A stretch of DNA of 64,000 nt from Candidatus Woesearchaeota archaeon (lineage in GTDB: Archaea > Nanobdellota > Nanobdellia > Pacearchaeales > GW2011-AR1): the NCBI GenBank assembly GCA_964533515.1, contig CAZHMB010000001.1, positions 8,640 through 72,639 on the forward strand, given 5' to 3'. The first letter of the stretch is position 1, and each line of letters opens with the position of its first letter. The translations under genes and the position numbers were made by a program. Below the pieces are notes generated by a model, which saw only the letters and a list, made by a program, of their open reading frames with translations, did not search any database and was not told the origin of the DNA. Positions 17,717-26,505 of the stretch are shown in pieces.

Positions 17717-18130
17717 ATGGCGGAATCAAAAAAAATAAAATCCGGAAAGAAAGAATTCGAATACAGAGGAATCTCTCTTGAAGAATTGAAAAAGTTAGAT
17801 GTACGAGAATTTGCAAAGTATGTTAAGTCGAGAAAAAGAAGAACTCTTTTGAGACAATTCAGCGAGATCGAGGATTTTCTTACTAGAGCAAGAAAAAAGA
17901 TCGAAAAGAATAAACCGATTAGAACACATAAAAGACACATCATTATCGTCCCTGAGATGGTTGGAATGAAACTACACGTTCACAATGGAAGAAAATTCGA
18001 GCCTTTCGAGGTTGTTGTTGAAATGCTCGGGCATCGATTTGGAGAATTTTCACTTACAAGATCATTAGTAAAGCACGGCGCTGCAGGTGTTGGTGCAACT
18101 AAAGGAAGTAAAGCTTTGAGTAAAGCATAA
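17717..18130 (+). CDS. rps19: 30S ribosomal protein S19
   Basis: IRTHKR, PEMVG, MLGHRFGEFSLTR. Confidence 0.97.
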   Translation: MAESKKIKSGKKEFEYRGISLEELKKLDVREFAKYVKSRKRRTLLRQFSEIEDFLTRARKKIEKNKPIRTHKRHIIIVPEMVGMKLHVHNGRKFEPFEVVVEMLGHRFGEFSLTRSLVKHGAAGVGATKGSKALSKA

Positions 18131-18137
18131 AAACAAA

Positions 18138-18737
18138 ATGCCGAATACAGAAAAACCACAAGGAAAAACTGAACAGAAGAAAAATGCAGTTGGACCTGGA
18201 AAAGAAAAGAAAAAAATGCCGACGCCAAAGGCAGGGGATGCTCCTAAAGACAAAAAGGAAGATAAGAAAGTTGAAGAAAAAGATAAAAAGAAAGTTATTA
18301 CCAAACCTAAAGTTCAAAAAACATCTGCTATAGTTGATGCTAAAAGTATTCCGATTTCAAACAAGACCGGAAAGGGAATTTGTAAATTCATAAAAGGCAA
18401 ATCAATTGAGAAAGCTATTGCAGATCTTGAGCAAGTTATATTGTTAAAAAAACCGGTTCCTTTGACTGGAGAAATTCCCCATCGGCACGGGAAAGGAATC
18501 TCAAGTGGGAGATTTCCAATTAACGCAAGCAAGGAGTTCATAGTCTTATTGAAAGGTTTAAGAGGCAATGTTGCAGTTAATGAATTGCAAGACCCAGTAA
18601 TTATCTCGGAAGCGATAATCAATAAAGCTCAAAGACCTTTCGGAAAATTCGGAAGAGTGAAAAGAAAAAGGGCGCACGTGAAATTAATTGCAAGATCAAA
18701 ACTAAATAAAAAGAAAAGCAGTGAGGAGAAAAAATAA
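18138..18737 (+). CDS. rpl22: 50S ribosomal protein L22 with Lys-rich N-extension
   Basis: ICKFIKGK, SGRFP, HVKL, operon position. Confidence 0.92.
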   Translation: MPNTEKPQGKTEQKKNAVGPGKEKKKMPTPKAGDAPKDKKEDKKVEEKDKKKVITKPKVQKTSAIVDAKSIPISNKTGKGICKFIKGKSIEKAIADLEQVILLKKPVPLTGEIPHRHGKGISSGRFPINASKEFIVLLKGLRGNVAVNELQDPVIISEAIINKAQRPFGKFGRVKRKRAHVKLIARSKLNKKKSSEEKK

Positions 18738-18738
18738 T

Positions 18739-19428
18739 ATGGAAGAAAGAAATGTTGTAAAATTTAAGAAAGAAGAATTCGCTATGAAGAATTATATCAA
18801 AACTAATTTGGGAAAGGGTAAAGTTAGCAGGGTAAGAATAGAATACACTCCTGTTGGAGAAAAAGTTATTATATCTACAGCAAAACCCGGATTGGTTATC
18901 GGCCGAGGCGGAGAAACAATCAATGAACTAACTCAAGTTTTGAAAAGAGTTTTCCATTTCGAAAATGTTCACATAGAAATCGATGAGATAAAAGTTCAAG
19001 AATTGGATGCGCAGCTCATGGCAGATGAAATTGCCCTGAGTCTTGAGAGATTTGGCCCAATTAGATTTAAAGTTATTGCATATAAAACTTTGCAAAGAAT
19101 CGTTGAAGCTGGAGCTTTGGGAGTAGAACTTCGATTGAATGGAAAACTTCCTAGTTCAAGAGCAAAGTCGTGGAGATTCGCTCAAGGATACCTAAAGAAA
19201 ACTGGGGAAAGCGCGAATGTTGTTGATGTTGCACATTCTACGGCTCAAACAAAACCGGGAACTGTCGGAATCAAAGTTAGTATATTAAGGCCAGATGCAA
19301 AATTGAAGGATAGAATCCCTCTTGATGACGAACTTTTTGAGAAACTTAATAAAAATGTTGAAGGGATGAAAAATGAAGAAACTCCTGCAAAGAAAAAGAA
19401 GAAAACAAAAAGGAAGGCTGAAAAATGA
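18739..19428 (+). CDS. rps3: 30S ribosomal protein S3
   Basis: KH domain KPGLVIGRGG, GYLKKTG, PGTVGIKV. Confidence 0.96.
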   Translation: MEERNVVKFKKEEFAMKNYIKTNLGKGKVSRVRIEYTPVGEKVIISTAKPGLVIGRGGETINELTQVLKRVFHFENVHIEIDEIKVQELDAQLMADEIALSLERFGPIRFKVIAYKTLQRIVEAGALGVELRLNGKLPSSRAKSWRFAQGYLKKTGESANVVDVAHSTAQTKPGTVGIKVSILRPDAKLKDRIPLDDELFEKLNKNVEGMKNEETPAKKKKKTKRKAEK

Positions 19429-19595
19429 AAATCGCAGATATAAAAAAAATGGACGCAAAGGAAAGGGAAAAGAAATTTAAAGAATTAGAAATGGAATTGA
19501 TTAAGTCCAATGTAAGTTCAGCTAAAGGTAGCGGAAGTGGGAAGACAAAAGAAATTAAAAAAACTATCGCAAAGATACTCACATTCAATAAATGA
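19425..19595 (+). CDS. rpl29: 50S ribosomal protein L29
   Basis: Hand-translated 56 aa MKIADIKKMD...KEIKKTIAKILT, ATGA overlaps both sides, canonical position. Confidence 0.92.
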   Translation: MKIADIKKMDAKEREKKFKELEMELIKSNVSSAKGSGSGKTKEIKKTIAKILTFNK

Positions 19596-19903
19596 ATATG
19601 GAAATATGCCCAAAGTGTGGCTTGCCACAGCAAGCATGTGTTTGTGAACAAATCGCAAAAGGTTCACAAAAGATACAAGTGACAACAGACCGTAAGCGAT
19701 ACGGTAAGATAGTTACTGTTGTTACAGGCTTCGACCAAGGAGTCGACATCAAGCAAACAGCTAAGGACCTGAAAAACAAGCTGGCTTGTGGAGGGACTTT
19801 CTACCCCGAAGGCGGGAAGATTGAACTTCAAGGAGACCACAAAGGAAAGATAAAAGGTCTCTTGGTCGAGATGGGATTCGGCGAAGAATCTATCGAAGCA
19901 TGA
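19592..19903 (+). CDS. sui1: translation initiation factor aIF1/SUI1
   Basis: CPKCGLP, KRYGKIVT, LKNKLACGGT, IELQGDH. Confidence 0.95.
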   Translation: MNMEICPKCGLPQQACVCEQIAKGSQKIQVTTDRKRYGKIVTVVTGFDQGVDIKQTAKDLKNKLACGGTFYPEGGKIELQGDHKGKIKGLLVEMGFGEESIEA

Positions 19904-19969
19904 AAAGAATTTCCTTCAGGAAATTCTTATACATTACCCCCTTCGCCGCACCCAGGCTCAGAGGGTAAT
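19900..19969 (+). other. Two-hairpin structured spacer with 22-aa mini-ORF at the usual rnp1 position
   Basis: AAGAATTTCC-TTCA-GGAAATTCTT (19905-19928) and ATTACCC...GGGTAAT (19933-19969), ORF 19900-19968. Confidence 0.5.
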
Positions 19970-19988
19970 AAACACACACAAAAACAAA

Positions 19989-20381
19989 ATGGAAAAGAAA
20001 AAAACAGGAGCAAAAGTGGAAAAGAAAGAAAACACAAAGGTAGCTAAAGCTGAAATGAAAAAATGCGAAGATCCTAAATGTCCTTTCCACGGAAATTTGA
20101 AAGCGCGAGGAAGAATCTTCCAAGGAAAAGTTATTAGAAAACATCCAAAGAAAATAACAATTGAATTTGATAGAGATGTTTACGTGAAAAAATATGAAAG
20201 ATTCTCAAAATCAAGGACCAAAATTCACGCAAGACTTCCAGACTGTATGGCAGACCAGATTAATATTGGAGACCACATCAAGATACAAGAATGTCGTCCA
20301 TTAAGTAAGATTATACATTTTGTAGTTATTGAAAAAGTTAAAGACGCTGAAAAAGTAAATACTGGCGAGGATAAACAATGA
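19989..20381 (+). CDS. rps17: 30S ribosomal protein S17
   Basis: DPKCPFHG, KKYERF, ECRPLSK. Confidence 0.97.
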   Translation: MEKKKTGAKVEKKENTKVAKAEMKKCEDPKCPFHGNLKARGRIFQGKVIRKHPKKITIEFDRDVYVKKYERFSKSRTKIHARLPDCMADQINIGDHIKIQECRPLSKIIHFVVIEKVKDAEKVNTGEDKQ

Positions 20382-20779
20382 AAGCAGTAAGTGCAAGAAC
20401 AACAGCTGGATTAAATATCGGGGCTAAGATGGTCTCAAGTGATAATAGTGGGGCTAAGATAGTAAAAATAACTGGAATTAAAAAAGGTAAGGGAAAGAAA
20501 GGCCAACAAAATCGTGCGAAGATTGGCGATTGGGTTAAAGTCTCTGTGAAGAAAGGAATTCCAGATATGAAAGGGAAAGTTTTTGATGCGGTTGTTATAA
20601 GACAGAAAAAATCTTTCAGAAGATTGACTGGAGAAAGAATAGCCTTCCAGGATAATGCTGTGGCTATATTGAAAGACGAAAAAGGTAATCCGAAAGGAAC
20701 ACAAATTAAAGGAGCAATCGCGAGAGAGATCATGGAAAGATGGCCTCAAGTTGCAAAGATTGCATCAATAGTATACTAA
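20378..20779 (+). CDS. rpl14: 50S ribosomal protein L14
   Basis: DNSGAK, FQDNAV, KGTQIKGAIARE. Confidence 0.97.
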   Translation: MKAVSARTTAGLNIGAKMVSSDNSGAKIVKITGIKKGKGKKGQQNRAKIGDWVKVSVKKGIPDMKGKVFDAVVIRQKKSFRRLTGERIAFQDNAVAILKDEKGNPKGTQIKGAIAREIMERWPQVAKIASIVY

Positions 20780-20780
20780 A

Positions 20781-20966
20781 ATGAATAGAGCATATCAACT
20801 ACTAAAATTGGCAGGGTCCGCTTTAAATAGGGAAGCTTATGGATTAGCAAGAAAGTTATTTTTAGAATCTCGGGAACTGGATACGCTCGGGGTTTCTCGT
20901 CTTGCAACAACCCAAGGATTAGAGTGGGTTGAAAATGAATTAAAACAACGATCATCCACAGCATAA
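20781..20966 (+). CDS. 61-aa hypothetical helical protein between rpl14 and rpl24
   Basis: TAA-A-ATG coupling at both ends. Confidence 0.65.
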   Translation: MNRAYQLLKLAGSALNREAYGLARKLFLESRELDTLGVSRLATTQGLEWVENELKQRSSTA

Positions 20967-20967
20967 A

Positions 20968-21396
20968 ATGAAAAAGAAATTTTCAAAACACTGGAAAGCG
21001 AGTAAACAACCTCGGAAACAGAGGAAATATCTAGCTAATGCCCCATTACATATTAAAAGAAAGTTCCTTAGTGTGAACCTTGTAAAAACTCTCAGAGAAA
21101 AACACAAAACGAGAAACGTTCCAGTTAGAAAAGGTGACAAGGTTAAAGTTATGCGTGGAAGTTACAAAGGAAAATCTGGAAAGGTTGTTGAAGTTAAAAT
21201 AAAGCTGGGGAAAATTTATATGGAAAATGTTCAAAGGAAAAAACTTGATGGTTCAAGTGTGAATGTTCCTATTAAAGCTTCAAACTTGCAGATACTAGAA
21301 CTGAACACTGAGGATAAAAAAAGAAAATTGGGGAAAAGGGAAGAAGTTAAAAAGGAAACCCAAAAGGAATTAAATAAGGAAATTAAGAAGAAATAA
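20968..21396 (+). CDS. rpl24: 50S ribosomal protein L24
   Basis: SKQPRKQRK, VRKGDKVKVMRG KOW motif. Confidence 0.97.
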   Translation: MKKKFSKHWKASKQPRKQRKYLANAPLHIKRKFLSVNLVKTLREKHKTRNVPVRKGDKVKVMRGSYKGKSGKVVEVKIKLGKIYMENVQRKKLDGSSVNVPIKASNLQILELNTEDKKRKLGKREEVKKETQKELNKEIKKK

Positions 21397-21397
21397 A

Positions 21398-22054
21398 ATG
21401 GCACATTTAAAAAGACAAAAAGTTCCGAAAATCTGGCCGCTTCATAGAAAGGGTAATACTTTTGTAGTTAGGCCCAAAGGGAGCATCGAGAAAGGAATTC
21501 CTTTGCTTGTTGGTTTAAGAGATATGCTGGTGGTTGCGAAGACTAAAAAGGAAGTTAAGAAAGCGATTTCTGAAGGAAATATTTTGATAAATAAAAGAAA
21601 AGCAAGAGACGTGCGGGAAGCTCTAACTCTCTTCGATAATGTCAGTTTGGTTCCTGTGAAAAAATCATATAAATTAGTTATTTTAGAATCTGGAAGATTT
21701 GGTTTTGAAGAGATCAAAGATGCCGAGGCCGGTAAAAAGATTGCTAAGGTCATTGATAAAAAGATCTTGAAAGGGAAAAAAATCCAGATTAATTTGGAAG
21801 ATGGAAGAAACTATCTCCTGGATTCAAAAGAAAAATATAACATCGGAGATTCTGCTGTGATTGATGTTGAAAAAAAGAAAATTGAAGAATATCTTCCTAT
21901 GGATAAAGGCTCAAAAGTCTTGGTCTTTGAGGGAAAACATACCGGCAAAACAGGAGAGATAAAAGCCATAGAAAAAGATAGAAAAATGGTAATGGTAAAA
22001 ATAGCAGAAAAGGAAGTTGAAGTCTTAATTAAACAGGTTATAGTTATAAAATAA
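21398..22054 (+). CDS. rps4e: 30S ribosomal protein S4e
   Basis: HLKRQKVP..W, PLLVGLRD, GKHTGKTG. Confidence 0.95.
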   Translation: MAHLKRQKVPKIWPLHRKGNTFVVRPKGSIEKGIPLLVGLRDMLVVAKTKKEVKKAISEGNILINKRKARDVREALTLFDNVSLVPVKKSYKLVILESGRFGFEEIKDAEAGKKIAKVIDKKILKGKKIQINLEDGRNYLLDSKEKYNIGDSAVIDVEKKKIEEYLPMDKGSKVLVFEGKHTGKTGEIKAIEKDRKMVMVKIAEKEVEVLIKQVIVIK

Positions 22055-22055
22055 A

Positions 22056-22589
22056 ATGGCTGAAGAAATAAAGAAATCCGCAAAAGAAATCAAAGAAAAT
22101 ATTATGAGAACAATAAAGATAGATAAAGTTGTATTAAGCATGGGTGCTAACGGAGAAGAGTTGGACAAGGCTGTTGCCTTACTTAAATTGATAACAAATA
22201 GGACTCCGATGAAAACGAGATCAACAAAAAGGATTCCTTCTCTTGGAGTTAGGCCAGGGCTTGAAATTGGGGCTGTTGTAACAATAAGGAAGGATCCCGA
22301 GGATATTTTGCGTAAATTGTTAGGTGCTAAAGATAATCTCCTGAAAGAAAAGCAAATTGTTGCAGACCATTTTTCATTTGGAATCGCAGAGTATATCGAG
22401 ATTGCCGGAATGGAATATCAAAGAGATATTGGAATCATGGGATTAGATGTAACAGTCGTTTTCAAAAGAAGTGGGAGAAGAGTAAAACTCAAAAAGATAA
22501 AGCGTGGGAAATTTTCAAAGAGGCAATCTGTCTCTAAAGAAGAAATAATTAAATTTATGGAAGACAATTTCGAAACGGAGTTCGCTTAA
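22056..22589 (+). CDS. rpl5: 50S ribosomal protein L5
   Basis: IDKVVL, FSFGIAEYIEI, IGIMGLDV. Confidence 0.96.
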   Translation: MAEEIKKSAKEIKENIMRTIKIDKVVLSMGANGEELDKAVALLKLITNRTPMKTRSTKRIPSLGVRPGLEIGAVVTIRKDPEDILRKLLGAKDNLLKEKQIVADHFSFGIAEYIEIAGMEYQRDIGIMGLDVTVVFKRSGRRVKLKKIKRGKFSKRQSVSKEEIIKFMEDNFETEFA

Positions 22590-22590
22590 A

Positions 22591-22821
22591 ATGACTGCAA
22601 GTGATTGGAAAAAGATTTTGAAGCAACTTGGGAAGAAGCCAGCGATAAGAGAGAAGTTTTTGAAGCATTGCAGACCAAAGAAAAGAAAGTTCGGTGTGGC
22701 TGCTCAAAAATGCGAACGGTGCGGAAGATTCGGGGCGCGTGTTTCAAGTTACGGATTAAATTTATGCCGTCATTGTTTCAGAGAAATCGCTGAAGAGATT
22801 GGATTTAAAAAATATTCATAA
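22591..22821 (+). CDS. rps14: 30S ribosomal protein S14 (Zn type)
   Basis: CERCG...LCRHCFRE..GFKKY. Confidence 0.96.
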   Translation: MTASDWKKILKQLGKKPAIREKFLKHCRPKKRKFGVAAQKCERCGRFGARVSSYGLNLCRHCFREIAEEIGFKKYS

Positions 22822-22844
22822 TTAAATAAGGAGAAAAAATAAAA

Positions 22845-23225
22845 ATGTCACATGATGTCGTTGCTGATGGGTTGAATATGATAAAAAATGCCAACAGAGC
22901 TAGAAAGGAATCTGTAAAAATTACCCTCATCTCAAACTTACTTATAGAAGTCTTGAAGATTATGAAACAGAAAGGTGCTGTTAAAAGATATAAAATAAAT
23001 CCCCAGGAAAAATCTGTAGAAGTTGTAATCGGTGATTTGAAAGATTGTAAATCGGTGAAACCAAGATTTAAAGTTAGCAAAGAACAAATTGAAAATTACA
23101 GAAGAAGATATCTTCCTGCAAGAAACCTTGGGACTTTGGTAGTCTCAACAAGTAAAGGTTTGATGACGCACGAAGAAGCTCAACAAGAAAATATCGGGGG
23201 ATGCTTAATAGCTTACTTTTACTGA
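22845..23225 (+). CDS. rps8: 30S ribosomal protein S8
   Basis: DVVADGLNMIKNA, YLPA, STSKGLMTH. Confidence 0.96.
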   Translation: MSHDVVADGLNMIKNANRARKESVKITLISNLLIEVLKIMKQKGAVKRYKINPQEKSVEVVIGDLKDCKSVKPRFKVSKEQIENYRRRYLPARNLGTLVVSTSKGLMTHEEAQQENIGGCLIAYFY

Positions 23226-23275
23226 TGAAAAAATTAAAAATTTTATGCATTTTCCAAAAGGGAGATTTTTTATAA
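23225..23275 (+). CDS. bridging mini-ORF MKKLKILCIFQKGDFL
   Basis: TGATG overlap with rps8, TAA-A-ATG to rpl6. Confidence 0.5.
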   Translation: MKKLKILCIFQKGDFL

Positions 23276-23276
23276 A

Positions 23277-23819
23277 ATGAAACAGAAATTATTCACAGAA
23301 GTTGAAATTCCTGGAGGCGTTGAAGTTTCTATAGAAGGAAATCTTGTAAGTGTTAAAGGCCCTGAAGGGGAAAACAAGAAAGAATTTAATTTCGGAAAGT
23401 TAAAGATTGAGAAAAAAGATTCAAAAATAGAAATTGGCTGTGATAGGGCCACAAAACGAGAAAAGAAAATGATGAATACTATTATTGCACACCTAAAAAA
23501 TATGTTTGGAGGGGTTCAGGAAAAGTATGAATACAAATTGAAAATATGCTTCAACCATTTTCCTATTACCGTAAAAGCCGAGGGCAAAAAAATTGGTATA
23601 AGCAATTTCTTGGGAGAGAAAGTCGCGAGAGAATCAACAATTAATGAGAATGCTGAAGTTGACATTCAAAAAGAAATCATAATCGTCACCTCTGTTGATA
23701 AAGAGGCCGCAGGCCAAACAGCTGCAAATTTGGAGATTGCCACTAAAATCCGCGGTAAAGATAGAAGGGTCTTTCAGGATGGTATTTTCATAACACACAA
23801 ACCTTCGGGGGAAATATAA
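23277..23819 (+). CDS. rpl6: 50S ribosomal protein L6
   Basis: VKGPEG, HFPI, NFLGEK, DRRVFQDGIFI. Confidence 0.97.
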   Translation: MKQKLFTEVEIPGGVEVSIEGNLVSVKGPEGENKKEFNFGKLKIEKKDSKIEIGCDRATKREKKMMNTIIAHLKNMFGGVQEKYEYKLKICFNHFPITVKAEGKKIGISNFLGEKVARESTINENAEVDIQKEIIIVTSVDKEAAGQTAANLEIATKIRGKDRRVFQDGIFITHKPSGEI

Positions 23820-23820
23820 A

Positions 23821-24216
23821 ATGGCTAGAATAAAATTTTTACGTAGAGATATTAAATTGAAGAAATTCAAGAGAAAGAAAAATCAGAAATGGAATGCACC
23901 GAAAGGAAGACATAACAAAATGAAGGACAAGCAAAAAGGTAAACCAAGAGTTGTAAGTATTGGATATGGTAATTCAAAAGATAAACGTGGAAAGGTTGAT
24001 GGAAAAGAACTTTTTATGATTAAGAATGTTTCTGATCTGGGAAAGATTGGAACAGGGCAAGTTGGATTCATCGGGAAAGTTGGTGGAAAGAAAAAATTAG
24101 AGATTGTTAAAGAAGCGGAGAAGCAAGGAATAAAATTGAAGAACTCAAAGATAAATAAAAACTTGAAAATTCCGGAAGTGAAAAAGGAAGAAAAAGTTAA
24201 AGGAGATAAAAAATGA
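23821..24216 (+). CDS. rpl32e: 50S ribosomal protein L32e
   Basis: WNAPKGRHNK, VSIGYG, operon position. Confidence 0.9.
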   Translation: MARIKFLRRDIKLKKFKRKKNQKWNAPKGRHNKMKDKQKGKPRVVSIGYGNSKDKRGKVDGKELFMIKNVSDLGKIGTGQVGFIGKVGGKKKLEIVKEAEKQGIKLKNSKINKNLKIPEVKKEEKVKGDKK

Positions 24217-24623
24217 ATTTGCGTAAAAAACGAGAACTAGCTGCAAGAACTCTTGGTGTTGGAAAAGAAAAACTTGTTTTTACTAGATCGAGACTTGAAG
24301 AAATTAAAGAAGCTATTACGAAACAGGACATAAAAGATCTTGTCCAGGAAGGGGCTATAAGAATTAAGCCGCCTAAGGGCCGTAGAAAAACTGTGAAGAG
24401 AAAGAGAAGAAGGGGACCCGGAAAGATTAAAAAGACAGTAAGGAACAGAAAAAAAGGGTATGTTATAATAACGAGAAAATTAAGAAGTTATGCTAAAGAA
24501 ATGGAAAACCAGGGACTTGTGTCAAGAGAACAAGTTAGAGAAATTCGGAAAAATATTCGGAACAGGGGATTCAAGACTAAAGCACATTTGAAAGAACACA
24601 TAGGCGGATTGAATAAACAATGA
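24213..24623 (+). CDS. rpl19e: 50S ribosomal protein L19e
   Basis: LAARTLGVG, AITKQDIKDL, RRRGPG. Confidence 0.94.
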   Translation: MNLRKKRELAARTLGVGKEKLVFTRSRLEEIKEAITKQDIKDLVQEGAIRIKPPKGRRKTVKRKRRRGPGKIKKTVRNRKKGYVIITRKLRSYAKEMENQGLVSREQVREIRKNIRNRGFKTKAHLKEHIGGLNKQ

Positions 24624-24679
24624 AAAGCAATAAAATTGAAAATTTTGGGCTTTCCATTTTAAAACACAAAAGAAAATGA
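24620..24679 (+). CDS. bridging mini-ORF MKSNKIENFGLSILKHKRK
   Basis: ATGA overlap with rpl19e and with rpl18. Confidence 0.5.
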   Translation: MKSNKIENFGLSILKHKRK

Positions 24680-25170
24680 AAAGAATACAAAAACGAAGAA
24701 GACGAGAAAATAGGACCGGCTATAAGAAAAGATTAGATCTTTTGAAGAGCGAGAGGCCTAGAGTAGTTTTTAGGCTTACAAACAAGCAAGCTATTTCGCA
24801 GTATGTGACAAGTTCTAATGCGCAAGATAAAGTTGAGATTTCTTTAAACTCTCAAGAGCTTATGAAGTATGGGTGGCCAAAAGAATTTGCAGGTAGTTTG
24901 AAATCAATTACTGCTTGCTATCTAACAGGATACTTGATGGGAAAGAAGATATTGAAAGAAAATCCTATTTTGGATTTCGGGATGTTGAGAATGTTGCACA
25001 AGGCAAGGCCGTATGCTTTTATTAAAGGTTTAATAGATGCTGGAGTAAAGATCCCCTGTAAAGAAGAAGCTTTTCCTGAAGAAGAAAGAATAAAAGGTAA
25101 AAGTATGAAAAAAGATTTTTCGGCGGAGTTTGAAAAAATTAAATCAGAGATAGATTCAAAAGAAAAATAA
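24676..25170 (+). CDS. rpl18: 50S ribosomal protein L18
   Basis: RRRRENRTGYKKR, ACYLTG, KGLIDAG. Confidence 0.95.
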   Translation: MKRIQKRRRRENRTGYKKRLDLLKSERPRVVFRLTNKQAISQYVTSSNAQDKVEISLNSQELMKYGWPKEFAGSLKSITACYLTGYLMGKKILKENPILDFGMLRMLHKARPYAFIKGLIDAGVKIPCKEEAFPEEERIKGKSMKKDFSAEFEKIKSEIDSKEK

Positions 25171-25171
25171 A

Positions 25172-26131
25172 ATGACAGAAAAAACAAATAAACCTGAAGA
25201 AGAATTAAAGAAAACTGTAGAAGCTCAAGGAACTGTTTCTGAAAAAGCTGTAGCTGAAAAAGCGAAAGATGCTGAGAAGGTAAGTGAGGAAATGATCAAA
25301 ACTGAGAACGAGAAAGAAGAAGTTGAAACTGAAGCAGAAAAGAAAAAGAAGATTGCAGAAAAAGAAGTGAAGGAAAAAGTTGATGAGAAATCAGATAATG
25401 TTAGAGGGAAACCTTTCAAAAGAAAAAGCAGAGAAGAGCGGGACGCTGAAGATCGTCAACAGCATTTATTGAAATGGGATCCGAAAACAAAACTTGGAAG
25501 AGACGTGAAAGAAGGAAAGGTAAAAGATTTTGATCAAATTTTGGAAGAGAAGAAAAAGATTCTTGAGGATGAAGTTATTGATCTTTTATTGAATGTTAAA
25601 TCTGATTTAATCTCTGTTGGACAATCGAAAGGAAAGTTCGGCGGCGGTAAAAGAAGGGCTTGGAGACAAACCCAGAAAAAAACTAAAGAGGGAAATGTTC
25701 CAACTTTTTCAGCTTATGCTGTTGCAGGCGATGGTGAAGGGCATATTGGGGTTGGACAAGGAGAAGCCCAAGAAACTCTCCCCGCCAGAGATAAAGCAAT
25801 AAGAAAAGCTAAGCTAAATATTAAAAAAATAAATCGGGGATGCGCATCTTTTGATTGTTCATGTTCAGAGCCGCACACTGTTCCTTTTAAAGTTACAGGA
25901 AAATGTGGAAGTGTTAAGCTTACATTAATTCCGGCACCGCAAGGAACAGGGTTGGTTGTTGGTGGAGAGTTAAAAAAGATTTTGCAACTTGCAGGAATAA
26001 AAGATATTTATTCTAAGTCCGAGGGTAAAACAAGAACAACCTTTAATTTGATTAAGGCATGTATGAATGCTCTTGAGAAAACGAATGACGACAATTTAAA
26101 GATTAAAAAGGTAGATGGGGGCGAAGAATAA
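25172..26131 (+). CDS. rps5: 30S ribosomal protein S5 with long charged N-extension
   Basis: WDPKTKLG, HTVPFKVTGKCGSV, PAPQGTGLV. Confidence 0.96.
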   Translation: MTEKTNKPEEELKKTVEAQGTVSEKAVAEKAKDAEKVSEEMIKTENEKEEVETEAEKKKKIAEKEVKEKVDEKSDNVRGKPFKRKSREERDAEDRQQHLLKWDPKTKLGRDVKEGKVKDFDQILEEKKKILEDEVIDLLLNVKSDLISVGQSKGKFGGGKRRAWRQTQKKTKEGNVPTFSAYAVAGDGEGHIGVGQGEAQETLPARDKAIRKAKLNIKKINRGCASFDCSCSEPHTVPFKVTGKCGSVKLTLIPAPQGTGLVVGGELKKILQLAGIKDIYSKSEGKTRTTFNLIKACMNALEKTNDDNLKIKKVDGGEE

Positions 26132-26132
26132 A

Positions 26133-26504
26133 ATGGTTGACAAAATTGCAGTAATAAGAATCGCTGGGCAAGTGAATTTGAGGGATGAGACTAAAGAAAC
26201 TCTCAAAAGATTGAGATTAAAAAAGAAATATACCTGTTTGATTATTCCGGGGGATCACGATGAGCTTTTAGGAATGATAAAAAATGTAAAAGACAGAGTT
26301 GCGTTTGGAAGAATTAATGAAGAAACATTGAAAAAACTTGAGGAAGCTCGAGGGAATACTAAAACGCAGAATAAGACTAAGACCCTTTCTGTTTACAGAT
26401 TGCACCCTCCAAGAGGCGGAATCGAAACAAAGCATCATTTTCCCAAAGGAGTTCTAGGAAACAACAAGGAAGAGATAAATAAATTGATCGAGAGGATGTT
26501 GTAG
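26133..26504 (+). CDS. rpl30: 50S ribosomal protein L30
   Basis: AVIRIAG, TLKRLRL, RLHPPRGG. Confidence 0.94.
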   Translation: MVDKIAVIRIAGQVNLRDETKETLKRLRLKKKYTCLIIPGDHDELLGMIKNVKDRVAFGRINEETLKKLEEARGNTKTQNKTKTLSVYRLHPPRGGIETKHHFPKGVLGNNKEEINKLIERML

Positions 26505-26505
26505 G

